The notes under the pieces: model-generated
The model's database searches: none
What the model was told of the DNA's origin: nothing
The model's input: the letters and a program-made list of their open reading frames with translations, nothing else
Source: a virus
Lineage: Duplodnaviria > Caudoviricetes
DNA: 27,940 bases
Virus record (IMG/VR): IMGVR_UViG_3300030332_002465
Location: 1 to 27,940 of that record
Reading direction: 5' to 3' (one strand)
Position numbers and translations under genes: made by a program
In this document: positions 25,886 through 27,940 of the stretch, piece by piece
Position numbering within the stretch: position 1 is the first letter of the stretch
Layout: every line of letters starts with the position of its first letter

Positions 25886-26518
25886 TTTAAAGAACGACTA
25901 AGGGAAAGTATTTCCTCGCACAGCTTGCGTGGATTTTCAAAGCTTTGTGGTCTGTCGGAGGCTACTCTGCGCAGTTATCTGTCAGGAGACACCTTTCCCA
26001 CCCTGGACAGGCTCGGGCTTATCTCCTCTGCTGCCGGTGTCGAGCCACAGTGGTTGGCTTTTGGCGGGAACAAAGACGGCAGATCAGCCGAGCCCGCCGG
26101 CATGGAAGACTATGCGTTTGTTCCACTGTATGACGCGCAGTGCAGCGCAGGGGATGGCTCCTGGAACGAGAACAGCAGAGTGCTGACTCATCTCAGCTTC
26201 ACCAGGTATAGCCTCAGAAAGCAGGGCCTGACGCCAGATCACCTCTCAGCGATCCGTATAGATGGTGACTCTATGGAGCCGGTGCTTAATAGTGGGGATA
26301 CAGTCTTGATCGATCACACCAGGACAACGATTGAAGGGGAGGGAATCTATGTGCTGCGCTTTGAGGACCACCTATATGCCAAGCGCCTGCAGCGCAACTT
26401 CGACGGCGTGGTGATAATCAGCGCAAATAAGGAATACGCACCGGTGACAGTGCCTAGAGACAGGTTGGACGAGTTACAGGTGGTTGGTAGAGCGGTTTGG
26501 TCTGCGGGCTGGCTGTAA
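25811..26518 (+). CDS. Phage repressor, XRE HTH plus S24 peptidase domain
   Basis: HTH SLRGFSKLCGLSEATLRSYL. Ala-Gly cleavage site (CSAGDG). Catalytic Ser (GDSMEP) and Lys (AKRL). Divergent from ner. Confidence 0.92.
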   Translation: MSYGETDANGHNAEERPFPSNGIGRFKERLRESISSHSLRGFSKLCGLSEATLRSYLSGDTFPTLDRLGLISSAAGVEPQWLAFGGNKDGRSAEPAGMEDYAFVPLYDAQCSAGDGSWNENSRVLTHLSFTRYSLRKQGLTPDHLSAIRIDGDSMEPVLNSGDTVLIDHTRTTIEGEGIYVLRFEDHLYAKRLQRNFDGVVIISANKEYAPVTVPRDRLDELQVVGRAVWSAGWL

Positions 26519-26539
26519 GGCGTCGTCCTGGGCCTTACA

Positions 26540-26740
26540 TGTTGGCACGGTGGCTATGCCAAATACCCCGCTTCATATAGTCATTGATGGTGTTTAATGC
26601 GCTTTTCCGATCTTGCGCGACATTTGGCACTTATTTTCTCGGCCGCTCCTCTCAATCCCTTGTCTCATCACGGCTTCGCTCGATTAGACCCGCTTCTTCC
26701 CACTTTCTTTTCCCTGTGCCATATCTAGTGCTAGTTCACA
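26540..26740. repeat. Probable prophage left end with repeated transposase-binding-like motifs
   Basis: TGCCA(A/T) motifs in both orientations at about 26540, 26557, 26621 and 26716, plus GTGCTAG near 26728. Terminal CACA at 26737-26740 reads TGTG on the minus strand. Confidence 0.6.
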
Positions 26741-26935
26741 TATTGATTCCCTTTTTTTTTGCTTCCCGTAACTCTCTGATTTTCCTGAATTTGGAAAAAT
26801 TCGGTAAAACCAGTCACGACAACATCACGACTGCACGTCCTATTTCCTAATATTCCTCCGGCCGTAATTTTTGGGCGTACGAGCCCAACCACTGGCTCGT
26901 CGCATTCGAGTTTTCCGATGCATGGAGGAATATCA

Positions 26936-27940
26936 GTGGCTAGCTTCAAGAAAACCGCCACCGGTTGGCGAGCGGATGTTTTCAAAAAAGGTATCCGGCG
27001 GTCCAAGACCTTTCGCGCCAAGCGAGAAGCCGTTGCCTGGTCGAACCAGATCGAATACGAAATCGAACAAGGCCACCACGACACAGGCGCAGCGCCACCC
27101 AGTGCGACCATGTATCACATACTGGAGCGCTACCGGGATGACGTCTCCCCCAAAAAACAAGGGGCAAGATGGGAGGTGATCCGCCTGAATCAAATGATGC
27201 GGGATCCGTGGCTGGCCGACGTAAAACTATCAGACATTGGCCCCAGACATTTCTCAGCGTGGCGTGACAAGCGATTGAAGGAAGTTTCCGGTTCGAGCGT
27301 GAATCGAGAGTTCAATCTTCTGACACACGCCTGCAAACTCGCCTGGCGGGAATGGCAGTGGCTCAAAGAACACCCGATGGCCGGGGTTTCACGACCGCCT
27401 GAGAATAAACCGCGAGACCGAGTCATTACTGATGCCGAAATCGACGCTTACGTCGAGTCCAGCGGTTACAGTTTCACAGCACCACCAACAACTGTCCTCA
27501 GCCGGGTTGGCGCCATGTTTTTATTTGCCTCAGAGACGGCGATGCGGGGTGGCGAAATCTGCAAAATGAAAAAAACAGATATCGATTTCAACAAACGCGT
27601 GGTTTATATCCCTGAAACCAAAACAGGTGTACCAAGGTGGGTTCCGCTATCGACAAAAGCCATCAAGATACTCAACCATGTAATAAACTACACCAAAGGC
27701 ACGCCAACAGTGTTTAGCGTGACTGCCAGGCAACGAGACGCTCTCTCACGGAAAATCATGAAGAAGGCAGGCCTTGACGGCATCAACTTTCACGACACCC
27801 GCAGAACGGCCCTAACACGAATGTCGCGAAAGTTTGGGCCGATGGAGCTGGCCAAAATTTCTGGTCATCAGGATCTGAAAATTCTGCAGTCGGTTTACTA
27901 CGCACCCGATCCGTCCGATTTGGTGCAAAAACTCGACTAG
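26936..27940 (+). CDS. Tyrosine recombinase/integrase of a separate element
   Basis: GGAGG then GTG at 26936. Catalytic R (TAMRGGEI), K (TKTG), HxxR (FHDTRR), H (SGH) and Y (SVYY). Stop at the window end. Confidence 0.92.
   Translation: MASFKKTATGWRADVFKKGIRRSKTFRAKREAVAWSNQIEYEIEQGHHDTGAAPPSATMYHILERYRDDVSPKKQGARWEVIRLNQMMRDPWLADVKLSDIGPRHFSAWRDKRLKEVSGSSVNREFNLLTHACKLAWREWQWLKEHPMAGVSRPPENKPRDRVITDAEIDAYVESSGYSFTAPPTTVLSRVGAMFLFASETAMRGGEICKMKKTDIDFNKRVVYIPETKTGVPRWVPLSTKAIKILNHVINYTKGTPTVFSVTARQRDALSRKIMKKAGLDGINFHDTRRTALTRMSRKFGPMELAKISGHQDLKILQSVYYAPDPSDLVQKLD

Larger units (their letters stand above)
1..26740 (-). mobile_element. Mu-like transposable prophage with siphovirus-type tail (partial; continues left of the window)
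   Basis: Mu gene order: repressor, ner, A, B, gemA, mor, lysis, gp25-29, F, G, I, T, gp36, gp37, then tube, chaperone and tape measure. DDE transposase present. Candidate end ...CACA at 26740. Confidence 0.95.

Noticed and set aside
26584-27111. ORFs 26584-26850 (+) and 26731-27111 (-)
   Set aside because: They span the phage end or lie antisense to the integrase, with no protein-like features.
1-27940. CRISPR array, rRNA, tail sheath, Mu Gam, invertase or reverse transcriptase
   Set aside because: No regularly spaced repeats or diagnostic motifs seen in this window. Distal tail genes lie outside it.

Overview
Positions 1 to about 26740 are the left two-thirds of a Mu-like (transposable) prophage, almost all on the minus strand. 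Read right to left it contains: a probable phage end, a divergent S24-type repressor/ner switch, MuA transposase and MuB-like ATPase, semi-essential early genes, GemA and a Mor/C activator, a lysis cassette, Mu-type packaging and head genes, and a sheath-less (siphovirus-type) tail module that runs off the left edge. Beyond the phage end is a separate tyrosine integrase (26936-27940). The most interesting signals are non-coding or hidden in overlaps. (1) A promoter-bearing tRNA-like RNA sits antisense, 10 nt after a MuF gene that carries a predicted RNase-like C-terminal extension. (2) A complete type II hammerhead ribozyme lies in the early operon. (3) Two identically spaced late-promoter boxes imply leaderless mRNAs. 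(4) An antisense gene is bridged by translationally coupled ORFs upstream of the transposase. (5) The tail chaperone has a -1 frameshift site, and its GT extension appears broken. All family assignments come from motif recognition and synteny; no database search was run.
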